Source of the DNA: Naegleria gruberi
Lineage: Eukaryota
NCBI GenBank assembly: GCA_000004985.1
Contig: GG738919.1
DNA: 64,000 bases
Strand: one strand, 5' to 3'
Both the position numbers and the translations under genes were made by a program. A model generated the notes under the pieces. It did no database searches, was not told where the DNA came from, and saw only the letters and a program-made list of their open reading frames with translations. Each line of letters starts with the position of its first letter. Positions within the stretch are counted from its first letter, which is position 1. Shown here piece by piece: positions 41,322-53,002 of this stretch.

Positions 41322-43073
41322 ATGATTTCTTCCTCATCTCGTCATCACAATGATGATGAAAGTGTTAACAAACAACAATATTCGGAACGAGAAGAATTTA
41401 ATGGTAATCAACAAGAGGATAATATAATTAATAATCAACAAGAGAATCAAATAATAGGAAATAATAATGATGATGATAGAGACGATGATGAACCAATTAG
41501 AATATTAACAACAACTAATAATACAAAATTGCAACAATTACGAGCCTATGTATGGAAAATAGCCAAATTATCATTTGATATGCTTCCTATTGGTTTTTTA
41601 AGCTTTGGAGGTCCAATGGCTCATACTTCACTGCTACAGGATCGATTTGTTATTAATCATCAATGGTTAACTCCAGAGGAGTTTTCAGAATTGTTTTCCA
41701 TTTGTCAATCATTGCCTGGACCATTAAGTACCAAATTGGTGATTGCTATTGGAACATTGAGAGGAGGATATGTTGGAGCTTTGGTGAGCTTTCTGATATT
41801 TTCATTACCAAGTGGATTGGTGATGGGAATTGTTGGAGTTTTGATGAAAGATGTGGACACGGATATTCAATTTCCTTATTGGATAAAGATTGCTTTGAGT
41901 GGATTTTCGTGTGCTGCCGTGTCCATCATTATGCATGCTGGTTATTTGATGGCCAAGAAATTGACAGTTGGTTCCAAGTTGTATCAGAGCTTAATGATTG
42001 GAGCATTTATATTATTTTTGATATATCAAACTTGGTGGATGTTATTATCGATCATGATTTTTGGAGGACTTTCGAATTGGTTTGGGGAATATGGAGGCAA
42101 ATATTTCAAAAACAAGTATGAAAATTTCACAAATTCATATGAACAAAATGCAGTAGGAAATAAGGGAAAGTTTGAAAGCATTATCAAATTTTTGAAATTT
42201 TCCAAATATTTCATGTTGGAATTATTTACAGATTCAAAGGTGAAAATTAAAAAGATTTTCAACAAGGGAATATTCAAAAGATCTACCAATTATGAGCAAG
42301 TTGATGAGGCAACACCCTCTCCTGCTGCTGAGACACCCTCCTCCACTACTGCTAGTCAAATCATTTCCAACAGTGTTGACAAATCCAACGATAACGAAAC
42401 AAGCAATACCATTGAAAAGAGCAAGGATATTTCACTTAAACCAATCATGGGAATAATTTTTATTACCATCTTCATCATGCTACTACTAAGCTTATTCATT
42501 TCAAGACAATTTATCGAGTGGACTCCACTCTATCTTGCAGAGGGATTTTTCAGAATTAGCAGTTTGATATTTGGTGGAGGGCATGTCATTCTTCCTGTTA
42601 TTTTGAATGAGTTTTCCGTAAATCCTAATAATTCCACCTTGCCAACCATTTCAGAATCGCAATTTTTGAATGGATTTGCCCTACAGAATGCCCTACCAGG
42701 TCCATTATTCAATTTATCAGCATTTGTTGGTGGAGTGATTGGAGGTCCACTCGGTGCATTCATTTCCTGGTTTTGCTCCTTCCTACCGCCATTCCTTTTC
42801 ATGTGGACTGCCATTCCTCTTTGGAACAAGTACAGAGATAATAAGAGTGTAAAAATAATTCTGGCTGGAGTGAATGCCTCAAGTGTTGGATTTGTCTTTG
42901 TAGCAGGTTATGTATTGTGGTTGTCATGTGTGGAAACTCAATTCGTGCCAGCTGCCTGTACAGTCGTGTTGAGTGTTTTGTTACAATCTGTGATTGATGC
43001 ACCTGCACCACTGGTTATTCTCTCGGGAGGTCTCATTCGACTAGCTCTACAACCTCTAGCACAAAATTCTTAG
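41322..43073 (+). CDS. CHR-family chromate ion transporter (ChrA-like), bidomain, 583 aa
   Basis: The first half has LSFGGPMAHTSLLQDRFVINHQWLTPEEFSELFSICQSLPGPLSTKLVIAIG. The second half has FGGGHVILPV...FLNGFALQNALPGPLFNLSAFVGG. These are the duplicated CHR signatures. A roughly 200-aa hydrophilic linker sits between the halves. Confidence 0.75.
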   Translation: MISSSSRHHNDDESVNKQQYSEREEFNGNQQEDNIINNQQENQIIGNNNDDDRDDDEPIRILTTTNNTKLQQLRAYVWKIAKLSFDMLPIGFLSFGGPMAHTSLLQDRFVINHQWLTPEEFSELFSICQSLPGPLSTKLVIAIGTLRGGYVGALVSFLIFSLPSGLVMGIVGVLMKDVDTDIQFPYWIKIALSGFSCAAVSIIMHAGYLMAKKLTVGSKLYQSLMIGAFILFLIYQTWWMLLSIMIFGGLSNWFGEYGGKYFKNKYENFTNSYEQNAVGNKGKFESIIKFLKFSKYFMLELFTDSKVKIKKIFNKGIFKRSTNYEQVDEATPSPAAETPSSTTASQIISNSVDKSNDNETSNTIEKSKDISLKPIMGIIFITIFIMLLLSLFISRQFIEWTPLYLAEGFFRISSLIFGGGHVILPVILNEFSVNPNNSTLPTISESQFLNGFALQNALPGPLFNLSAFVGGVIGGPLGAFISWFCSFLPPFLFMWTAIPLWNKYRDNKSVKIILAGVNASSVGFVFVAGYVLWLSCVETQFVPAACTVVLSVLLQSVIDAPAPLVILSGGLIRLALQPLAQNS

Positions 43074-43076
43074 AAT

Positions 43077-44084
43077 TTATTTTCGATTTTCAACCCATTC
43101 TACAATTTTAGAAACAATACTTGGAGTTGGTTTGTAATTTGGAATGGCAAGTTGACGAATTAATTTTTCACACACCACTTGTTTTGATTCCTTTTCAAGA
43201 GCTAATCTTACACTTTCCAAAACACGTCCATTAATTTCAAATCGTTGCAAGCATTGAATTTGTTTGACTTTCATACCAGCTCCTCCTTTCCTTATTACTC
43301 CTTTCATTACATAAAGGGTTATTTCCTTATCCCAATTTGAATAACTTTCAGTTGGAAGTTGAAATTGGGATTTTTCTCTACTTTCTTCATCTTCTTCCTC
43401 TGGTTTTGCCTCTTCTTGAACTAGTGCAGAAATGGAAGATGGTTCTTCATTTGAAATTGGTGTTGTTACTTCCTTTTGAATTGTTTCAATATTAATAATC
43501 GATTCTTTGTGTTGAGTAGGAGTTGCTGTAGCAGCAGGAGTCACAACTGTTTCTTCCTCTTTGATAACTTGTTTAATTATTTCTTCCTTGACTTGCTTTT
43601 CTTGATGAATAATAGAACTACTTGACAAATCCCTTTTAATTGGAGTTTTTACCTTTGAGGCAGCAAACTCTACCAACTTGATTGAAAACTTGCTCAAATC
43701 AATACTTTCATCCCTCTCAATAAAAACACACTTGTTATTCACAATTCTGTTGAATCTTTCCATAGCAGCTTGATAACTAGTTTCCGAAATTTGTACCTGT
43801 AATTCCTCCATATCACTCTCATCCAAACCTAATTGTTCAAACAAATCCAATTCCTTCCGATTCAATCCAGCACATTCCTTCAATACATTTGTTAAATAAT
43901 TATTTGTTTGTTGAACAGGATTGAATGTGGTCATGTGAAAATGTTTTCCCGAACAGCTAGGATATATATAATTCTTCTTGTCATTGTAATTAATGGCTAA
44001 TAATTTGATGGTCGTGGTGTGGTGTTGTTGTTGTACTTTGAGAGAGTTGGAAATGATTGATTTACTTTTTAACATTTTTTTCAA
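43077..44084 (-). CDS. Hypothetical protein (335 aa)
   Basis: The ORF is clean with coding-like composition. An acidic middle region is followed by a compact C-terminal domain (YVMKGVIRKGGAGMKVKQIQCLQRFEINGRVLESV...). No confident family assignment. Confidence 0.45.
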   Translation of the reverse strand: MKKMLKSKSIISNSLKVQQQHHTTTIKLLAINYNDKKNYIYPSCSGKHFHMTTFNPVQQTNNYLTNVLKECAGLNRKELDLFEQLGLDESDMEELQVQISETSYQAAMERFNRIVNNKCVFIERDESIDLSKFSIKLVEFAASKVKTPIKRDLSSSSIIHQEKQVKEEIIKQVIKEEETVVTPAATATPTQHKESIINIETIQKEVTTPISNEEPSSISALVQEEAKPEEEDEESREKSQFQLPTESYSNWDKEITLYVMKGVIRKGGAGMKVKQIQCLQRFEINGRVLESVRLALEKESKQVVCEKLIRQLAIPNYKPTPSIVSKIVEWVENRK

Positions 44085-44284
44085 TAAAGTTTAAAATTCT
44101 CCATTTGAGGAGATGGTGGAAATCTTTCCATTATTGGTTGCAGTAATATCTGAATATTTAACAATGTTTCTTAAATATTTAAATGTTTTGTAACATTATT
44201 AAAAATAGTATTGAACTATTTAATAATTTTTGGCGCCAAAATTCAACACTTACAATTTCCACCTTTCATAATAATCAAAAAAAA

Positions 44285-45280
44285 ATGCAAGAATCAAACT
44301 CTACAAACCAGCCATCACCCGAAACTTTTTTCACCATCGATCCATCACGAGTGGCACTCAACGCAGGCTTGATACTCATGGAGGAAGACAAGGATTACGG
44401 AAAGGCTTTGAATTTCTTCTTACAAGCGGCCAATATGGGAAATGCGAATGCTGAATATTATGTTGGACACATGTATCATAAAGGCTTGGGAATGGAACAA
44501 AAAGAGATTCCATTGGCTTTCATGTGGTATCAGAGGGCTGCACAGAAGGGACATGTGCAGGCACTTTATTTGGTTGGAATTTTTTATTATTTTGGATTTG
44601 GTGTGGAGAAGAGTTTTGAAAAGAGTTTTGAATATTGTAACAAAGCAGCAGAAAGTGGACATTCACAGGCACAGTTTGATGTTGGATTGAATTATTTGGA
44701 AGGAGAAGGAGTGGAGAGAAATGTGGAATGTGCCATGACTTGGTTTACCAAATCTGCCAATCAGAATAATTTATTTGCCATGAAGAAATTGGCTCAATTG
44801 TATGATATTGGTGATGTAATTCCAAGAAATGTAAATGAAGCATTCAAATGGTGTTTGAAGGCTGCAGAATTAGGTGATTCTGGTAGTCAATATGATGTTG
44901 CTGCCATGTATGAATTTGGAGATGGTACTGAAAGAGATTTATCCAAAGCTTTTGAATGGTATTCCAAGTCAGCTCATCAAAAGAATCCCCAAGGTGAATT
45001 CCAAGTTGGATTAATGTATTGCTTGGGTAAACATGTGGAAAAGGATCTCAGTAAAGGTTTGGAGTTTGCATTGAGAGCTGCTGAACAAGGATTGTCAAAA
45101 GCTCAATACGTTGTGGCTGACATGTATGCAAGAGGCGATGGCACTCCAATTGATGTTATGAAATCCTACGAATGGTACTCTAAATGTTGCAATGCATGTA
45201 TGAATGAAAATAATGGAGATTTACTTCAGAAATGCGTTGCTAGATTGAACATGCTCGCCAAACAATTATCACACAAATAG
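44285..45280 (+). CDS. Sel1-like repeat (SLR) protein (about 331 aa from the ATG at 44285)
   Basis: There are eight or more tandem Sel1 repeats of the form A..W(Y/F).KAA.(Q/L)G...AQ..(V/L)G.(M/L)Y..G.GV..(D/N)...A, for example AFMWYQRAAQKGHVQALYLVGIFYYFGFGVEKS and AFEWYSKSAHQKNPQGEFQVGLMYCLGKHVEKD. The A-rich start is at 44285. Confidence 0.7.
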   Translation: MQESNSTNQPSPETFFTIDPSRVALNAGLILMEEDKDYGKALNFFLQAANMGNANAEYYVGHMYHKGLGMEQKEIPLAFMWYQRAAQKGHVQALYLVGIFYYFGFGVEKSFEKSFEYCNKAAESGHSQAQFDVGLNYLEGEGVERNVECAMTWFTKSANQNNLFAMKKLAQLYDIGDVIPRNVNEAFKWCLKAAELGDSGSQYDVAAMYEFGDGTERDLSKAFEWYSKSAHQKNPQGEFQVGLMYCLGKHVEKDLSKGLEFALRAAEQGLSKAQYVVADMYARGDGTPIDVMKSYEWYSKCCNACMNENNGDLLQKCVARLNMLAKQLSHK

Positions 45281-45446
45281 ATTTAACCTTATTTTTGATA
45301 GAATTCCAGTAATTATCATTGACAATATCATTTTAATGAAAAACTGAAATATTGTCAAAATTAGTTGTTTGTCACTGAAAGGAATTGGTGTTAAATAATT
45401 CCCTTAAGAATATATTATTGAGGATTTTAATATATTAAAGGGAATA

Positions 45447-47090
45447 CTATCTCTTCTTGGATGGATTTTCAACATTTGCTGTTGAGGTTGAGGCTTGCTT
45501 TCTCTTTTTTGTTGGAGCTTGTTCTTCACCTGTTTTGATAAAGTGTTCCCAGTCAATCTTACTGTTAATGTCATTCTTGAATTTGGAAAAGTAATTCTTC
45601 CATCTCTTATCCATATTTTTACAAGTTGAAACATATTCCTTAAAGATTGCTCCATTTTGATCTAATTGCGCCAATATTTCTGGAGTTTCATGAATCCACT
45701 TGATAGTACTAATGAGTGAAGAAATCTCTAATTGAGATTTCCAATTGAAGAATTGGTATGGATACGAATCTCCAGTAAATCCTGGTGAGGTTTCGTATGC
45801 TCTATCGAGAGCTGAAAATAGAACTGTCTGGTCATTGATATCAACATCTAGTAATTTCATATAACCTGAGGTAACAAATTTTCTAAATACATCCAAATTC
45901 TTGCAAGATCCAACAAAGGACACTCTTGTTTTCAGATTGAATGGTAATCTGTTTCTCATAAAGAATTCATAACACTTTTCATGTTCAAGAGGATCAATAG
46001 TTACATAGTCAATATATTGTCCATTAACAATAGTCTGTGCTTGAATAAAACCATTTGTAATGCACAATATATTTACAAGTCTGTCATTACGTTTCAGTGC
46101 AACCATTTTCTTAGGGTTGTTTGGAGATAAACTTGAAAAATACCCAAAAGTACTGGTTGATGCTGGTGTATCATCCACAAATGGCCTGGTTTTAATATTA
46201 TCAATGTCGAGATACTCAAAGGATGGGATTTCAAAGTGTTCAAGCTCGCATTCATGGCTCATGTATTGATAAAGGTGGGTTGACTCGATTTCGCTAGTTA
46301 TGAATTTTGGGTATAATGCATAGAATGGAGTGTCTAGAAATACAACAGTTTTGAGATATTGAAAGTAGTTAGTTTGCTTGGTAAGCTTAACATCTTTGGA
46401 GAATTTTTGTAATTGAAGCATATAAGAATTACTAGTAACAATTTTTTCCTCAAATGGCTGGAATTCCAAAGCTATTGAGCTATGGTAATGACTATTATAA
46501 GTTCTAAATCTTGAAAGATAATCATCTACATCCACATCATTCAATTCATTCCTCACTTCACAATTGGAAATCACAAGAGTTTCAACAGAGGTTCTTCCAA
46601 TAGCTTTCAAAATCTCTGGAGTGACCATCATAAAGTGGAGAGTGACCTTTTTAACTCCCCTACAATTTGCAATAATCTTCAACAAGTCGGAATATTCCAT
46701 TCGATAAGGATCGACCTCAGCTGTACGATTTTATCATTTCAATTGATGGTCCATCATCGGAAACATGCGATCAAATTGTAAATTTTAGAAAGAATTATTA
46801 AACAATAAAAACAAACAGCATTACTTACAAAAATCCAAATGAAAAGCCGAATATTCAAAGTAATCATTCATCAGAAAATTGAAAATATCCTTCCACGATT
46901 TACAAACTCTAGACAATCTAAAATAATTGGGCAAAACTGGAAGAAAGGACAAGATTTCGGAATAAATTTCCAATGGAAGATCTTCCCACATATTTGCTAA
47001 TGTTCTAGATCCTTCTTCTTGCACAGTACTAGGACTACTGGGACTAACTGGATGAATGTCGGTGGAAGTCAAAGAGTTTGAGTTTTGCAT
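45447..47090 (-). CDS. F-box protein, two exons: 46829..47090 and 45447..46720 (intron 46721..46828, GTAAGT...CAG)
   Basis: Exon 1 carries the F-box WEDLPLEIYSEILSFLPVLPNYFRLSRVCKSWKDIF and ends ...AFHLDF plus 1 nt at GTAAGT. The acceptor CAG joins it in frame to S-EVDPYRMEYSDLLKIIANCRGVKKV... The ATG is at 47090; the track's longer ORF start is non-ATG. Confidence 0.6.
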
Positions 47091-47401
47091 TTTTTTTTGA
47101 TTTGAAAAAATGCTTTTACCCAGTCGCACAATTTAATAAGATTTACAGTAACAAAAATATTCGTATAGTTGCAACTATTGAAATCTTACACAAATATAAA
47201 TATTGAAGATCGAGGTTGAAAGTGAAAGTAATTGTATGAGTCAAATTGGAGATGTGAAGCAAATGGCCGTTCAAAAGTGAAACTGTTGCTAAAAATGGTC
47301 ACAAACATGTGACAAGTGAAAACATTCTGAAAGAAGATATGTGAAGCGAAACTAGTTATTGAAAAAAATAGAGAGATAATAGGTTGGTTGACAACTTTAT
47401 C

Positions 47402-49619
47402 ATGGCCAGTTCTTCGTCTCCAAGAAAGGTTTCGTCAAGTGATGGAATTTATTCTATTCCTCTGAGTGTAATAATAATTAATCATCAACATGATAATTTG
47501 CAAAATAATTCACTTCAGTTTCTGGGCTCATCATCATCAACCTCTGATCTAAAAGGTTTGTCATCAATATTATTATTGCTATGATCCGAAAATATGTGAA
47601 ATAGCCAACTACAGTTTACTTTCGAATATTTCCACTACCAATATTGCAGCAGAACAATCACCAACTACAAGCTCCAATCTTTCCTCTTCTCCTAACTTAC
47701 AAAACTTGAAAAGCAAACGCAAGTCAAGTTCTTTCAATTCCTTTGATAGTTCATCAGAAATTACCTCATTTCACATTAATTTGCAAGGATTATCCATTTC
47801 TAACAAATCTCTCTATGATTATTCAAGTCCTCCTACCTCTCCAAAATATGGAAAATTATTCAAGAATGCCCATGAGCAAGAATCTATTGGAATATTGAGG
47901 AGGAAATTTGAATCATTTCTTATTGATAAGAAAGTCAATTATGGAGGACATAATAGGGAAACTCATATTTGGAAATTACTATTTCTTGATGATTTTTACA
48001 ATGTTTTGAATGGAAAGAGTAGAAAATTTGATGATATTGAGGAGTTATTTCATAGATGTGATATTTTCTTGAGTATCTTGATTGGAGATTTGGGTCAATT
48101 CAAGTGTTTAGAAATGTTTAAGAATGAACAGTTCAGTACCTTTTCAACAACATTTAAATATCCACATTTGGAGAGTTTTGATTTGGTCATACAGGAAATA
48201 TTGACGACCTATTCCAATAAGAAGAGAAACCTATCACCACCAAATGGAATTTCTCTATTGCTTGCCCACGAATATTTACACAAGTGGCTCACAGAACTCA
48301 ACTCTACATGCCACGAATATTTAAAATTGGCTTCACAAAATCAAAATCTTGAAACTCAACAATTGAAAACCCAACCTAAACATCATCACATGGTGGTGGA
48401 ATCTATTTCACCCATCTTTGAGGAAATTGATCCACAAGAAATTCAAAATCCTCACTTTGATTTTGTATCAATCACTAGGAAATCCAGTTCCTCTTCCTCT
48501 AATGCATTCGACATTGCAAGTTCTTCTTCAGCGGATGAAGATAACTGTGCACCAGCTGATTCAAAACAAAAAGAACAATTCATGAAGGAGATTATTAGCC
48601 AAAATCAAATATTTGATTTGAAAGAGAATGAAAATACCTTACTCACCTCTCTCAAATTACTCAATCAAATGTTCTATACTGAGCTTGAAGACTACTTTAA
48701 CTACTTTCAAAAAACCAGCTCTAAATTTTTGAAAAAGTGGTTCGACAATAATGTAAGAAATCTTCCTCTGCATTGTATTGATGCCATTCAAAAGAGAAAG
48801 AAACGATATACGAGCTATCATGAGAGCTTTCGGTTAACAGAGGAGGATATGAACTTGAAAACCATTGTTGATGCCGACTTTGATTTTGTACATTATTTGT
48901 GTGAACATACAGAAGATTGGCAATTATTGGATCTATTCGAAAGTGATTCAAGCATTCAAGTGTACAAATCTAAAGAAAATTACTCAACAATATCAGGAAT
49001 GAAATTACAAAAATATATTACACGAGTTAATCAGCCAATAGAAGTAGTGGCTCGAGCATTGTTGGCCAATGAAGCTCACGGGGATCAATATGGCTTACTA
49101 GTAACTGGAAAGTACTATGACTATAGGGAGATTGATTTGAATTCCTCGTCCAACAAGTATTCAACAGTTATCCAATCATGCACGATAGATTTTGGATCTC
49201 TTTTCAGAAAAAGATGTTTGGAAAATGTCATTTCAGCAAAAGGAACCTTTACAACAAATAATGAGCTTGTCGAAGTTACTCAACTCTACAAGACCTGCTC
49301 ATATCTCAATAAGGACGAGGAAGAAGGTGCCCGTAAGGTAGTAATGATGGGTACCAGATATTTGCAAAAAGAAGACTCTAATACTACCAGAATTGTAGAT
49401 GCTCGAATGTTTCACCTAGGAGGTATCATGAATTCAAATTTAATAGTGCACAAGCTGAGTGTTAAAAAGATGGTGCAATTCTTCTCTGATTATCTCAACA
49501 AGTGTTTGGAGAGTGCAAAAAAGAATAGCTATGCTGCGCCTGATTTGAAGGAGCATTGTGTGTGGCGAACCTTCTCGGACTATTGTAGAATGCACTACAA
49601 AATTGATGTGAATAAATAG
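47402..49619 (+). CDS. Hypothetical protein (about 707 aa), two exons: 47402..47555 and 47650..49619 (intron 47556..47649). Possible START/lipid-binding-like C-terminal domain.
   Basis: Exon 1 (MASSSSPRKVSSSDGIYS...TSDLK plus 1 nt) ends at GTTTGT. The acceptor TTGCAG at 47649 gives in-frame A-EQSPTTSSNL...KSKRKSSSFNS continuing into the long ORF. C-terminal identity is uncertain. Confidence 0.5.
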
Positions 49620-49758
49620 TGAATTCCCAATCATGGTTATTCTAAAAATCTTGTTGTGCAATAATCATCTTATAGCATTCTTCAAATAACCATCTTGTGT
49701 ATCAATAAAATTAAATTGGATTGAATGGTAGATCACAAATTAAGAATTTATAATGATC

Positions 49759-51651
49759 TTAGAATCTTCTACCACCACGATTTGAGTTACCTCCACGTCC
49801 TCTTCCACGACCTCCTCTATTATTACTACCACTATCTCTATTATTACTACTGCTATCAATTCTTCTTTGATTATTCTTATTTTGGTTATTGTCTCTCTTT
49901 TGGACCTTATTCTTTCCTTGATTGTTATCCTTTCCATCACGGTCCTTTCTCTTGGTATTCTTAACCTTCTTTCTATAGGTAATCCAACTTGGTTTAGTGG
50001 TGAGTGTAGAGATGAAATCTGGGCGATTCTTCTTGAGAGCACGAGTAAGCTCCAAGATATTCTTGGCACAGTTCAAGATTTGGGTTTCCATTCTAACCTT
50101 TTCCTTGTTTTCTTCCTTCTTTTCAGCCTTCAAGACCTTGATTGATTCTTCAAGTCTTGGAACGTATGGAGAAACAGCGGCCTCAAGGTTACCCAATCTT
50201 TGAAGCATATCTTGTCTCAATTGCTTGAAATCGCCATAGTTATCAGTTGGTTGACCAGTGATAATCTTAATACCACAGATTTCATTGAGGGATCCTTGTG
50301 CCTTGAAAGCAAGTTGATGGAAGATGAAGAGGAAGCATTCAATGTTGGTAAGATTAAGTTTTGGATTAGCGGCATCCTTTTCTGGAATTTCATTCTTCAA
50401 AGTTTGATAAATGAGTGGTAAAATAGCTCTAGAGTGATTTTCAGAAGTGAAGAGAGCAATTTCAGTAATAGCCTTGAGGGTATCAACTCTCAATTTATCT
50501 TCTTCTGGAACACTGGTATTCAAATTATTGAGTGATGGGAAGATTTGATTCATCAAATAGGAGAAGTATGGAGCATTATCCTTCAAGTGAACCATACCCT
50601 TCTTGGCAGCTCTCAAAAAGCTGATCAATTTTCTCAATTTCCATCTATCTTCTTCATCAGCAAGATCGAGTGGCTTGGTCAAATCGACTGGAATGTGATT
50701 TCTAAGGAATTGCATAAACTTGAAAGAATCCTTTTCGTATGACTTCAAACGAGCAACGAGGGAAAGGAAGAGTCTCATATGCTCAGCTTCCTTTTCCTTG
50801 TTTGAGAAGGATGATGAAGCGAAGAGTCTCAAAATCTTTTCAATAACTGTAATAATTTCCTTTTCAGTGTCTTCTCCAGAAAGTTTTGCTTGAATGGCTT
50901 TACGTTTCTTGAACATGATTTCAGAGATGAATTCAACAGTCTTTTCTCTGAGAAGTTCAGTTTCCTTTGGACTATCTTGAACAGCTGGTGTAGCAACAAG
51001 ATCCAAAAGTGATTTAAATGTTTCCTTTGGATCAATATCCATAAGTTCATTCAAGCTTTGTCTAACTACCTTAGCTTCAACAGGATCTTCCTCTTTGAGA
51101 AGTTGTGTAAGAATACTGGTTACTTGAGAAATATTTACAGTGTTGTTGATGCACAACTTTGGTAATCCTTTGGTAGCATTAATTCTGATCGACTTGTCCT
51201 CTTCTTCACACAAATCCAATTGCTTTGACATACTTTCTGATGAAAGGCTTGGGAAGTTAGCAGCATATTTCGGAATGAATTGGCAAGCCAATTCCTTAGC
51301 CTTCTTAGAGTGATTTGGTGAAACAATGTTGAGAATTGCTTCATAGTGAGACTTTGCCTGTTATTATTTTAAATTATTAAATTATGATAAGGATGATAGT
51401 AATATTAAAATTATTTGTGATCATATAATTCATGTGGTAATACATTCACAGTTAGCTCCAACCTTTGATTGTTCAAAACATACCGAAGCCTCCAAGTTTG
51501 GTACTTGTGTACCTTGTTCTTGAATAGCAGCCTTCAAGGCATTGCTCAATTCCTCTTCGTTTTTATACAAAAAGTCAATTTCCTTGTCCGATTCAGCATT
51601 AACGTGGACATACAATGTTTCTCCTCCTTTAGTAGTAGTTGTTGCAGACAT
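49759..51651 (-). CDS. API5: Apoptosis inhibitor 5 (API5/AAC-11) homolog, two exons: 51484..51651 and 49759..51357 (intron 51358..51483, GTATGT...CAG)
   Basis: Exon 2 gives AKSHYEAILNIVSPNHSKKAKELACQFIPKYAANFPSL (human API5: KDAYQVILDGVKGGTKEKRLAAQFIPKFFKHFPEL). QLDLCEEEDKSIRINATKGLP matches QLDLCEDEDVSIRRQAIKELP. The Arg/Gly-rich C-terminus RGGRGRGRGGNSNRGGRRF matches RGGRGWGTRGNRSRGRLY. Exon 1 is 56 codons and joins in frame. Confidence 0.8.
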
Positions 51652-52153
51652 GTTGTTGTTATTATTCTTAGGCTTACTGTAAAAGTGATGATATTGTGGA
51701 CAAGCTTAAAAGGCTTATTCTCTTATTAATATAATGATGATTTTGTTGTTGTATGATTGTATTCTATCAATATTACACACACTGAAAACAAGTTCTTTTT
51801 AGGTGTGTTGATGATCAACAATTTTTTTTTAAAATTTTTTAATAAAATTGAAGATTCATTTTAAAAACAAAATGGCTTAATTGAATAGGTAGCGTTGAAC
51901 CCGCCTTTTTTCTTCTTAAAATTCTCTATGAAGAATTTATAATGATGGAAAAGGATGAGGTTAATAATTACGAAATTTAGATTATATCCTTTTGTAATCA
52001 ATGTTAAATTCTTCCTAAAATGATAATTAGTCAATAATACTACATAACACTATTGTTAATTGACCATTTATACAACTACCGAAAATGGTATAAATCCAAT
52101 AAGCAAAATTCACAAAATGTTAATGAAAAAAAACAATCAAAACATTATTCAAA

Positions 52154-52909
52154 ATGGAATCAAGAAAAGTTGCTTGCTCCTCTCATCAAAACCAACCTTG
52201 TGTTTTCATTACTGGAATTTCAGGAAAACTTGGCGAAGTTTTATGTAAGAGACTTTGTGACCAAGGATTTAAGTGTAAAGGTTTAGTTAGAGATGAAGAT
52301 GCCAAGAAGGAAGTTCAAGGATTGGGTTGTACTGATGTTTTCGTTGGAGATTTGACAAAACTTCAAACAGATGACTTTGTTAAATATTTGGAAGGATGTG
52401 ATTTTGTGATTGATGCAGCTGGATCAACTTCTGGAAAGGATATTGAAAAGATTGAATTTACTTCTGGTAAATTCCTAGCCCAAGCAGCCATGAAGAGTAA
52501 TGTCAAGAAGTACATTTCCATGTCAGCTGTTGGTTGTGATCATTTCTCATCTGGAGAAAGAAAGGATGCTCTTGTATGTGATAAATGTAAGGAAAATAGA
52601 GAATATGCTGAGAATCAATACAAGCTTGATCAATTCATTCAAAATGAAACCAAGAATTTGGATTATTTGATTGTCAGATCAGGAGATTTGACAGAGGAAA
52701 AGGCAATGAACAAGATCTTAATTGGACGTCCACATTTGAGTACCAAGTATCGTAAGATGTGTCATACCTCAAGAGAAGATTTGGCAAACTTGTTGGTTTG
52801 TCTCTTGAAGAATGACTCCTTAAAGAACATGACCTTTGAAGTTATTAATTGTAAGGATGAAGGAATGCCAATTGAGGAGGCTGTCAAACACTTGAACGTT
52901 GCCTTGTAG
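52154..52909 (+). CDS. NAD(P)-binding Rossmann-fold protein (NmrA-like / atypical SDR), 251 aa
   Basis: The N-terminus has the glycine-rich motif VFITGISGKLGEVLCKRLCDQGFKCKGLVRD (GxxGxxG-type). The overall size and spacing resemble NmrA/HSCARG-like proteins. Confidence 0.6.
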   Translation: MESRKVACSSHQNQPCVFITGISGKLGEVLCKRLCDQGFKCKGLVRDEDAKKEVQGLGCTDVFVGDLTKLQTDDFVKYLEGCDFVIDAAGSTSGKDIEKIEFTSGKFLAQAAMKSNVKKYISMSAVGCDHFSSGERKDALVCDKCKENREYAENQYKLDQFIQNETKNLDYLIVRSGDLTEEKAMNKILIGRPHLSTKYRKMCHTSREDLANLLVCLLKNDSLKNMTFEVINCKDEGMPIEEAVKHLNVAL

Positions 52910-53002
52910 ATTGACTCTAATCATCAATAAAGCTTTATTGAGGTTGTGTGAAAATTATTTTGTTTATTTTGTACATTTATCAGATTCTTTTCTATTATCA
53001 TT

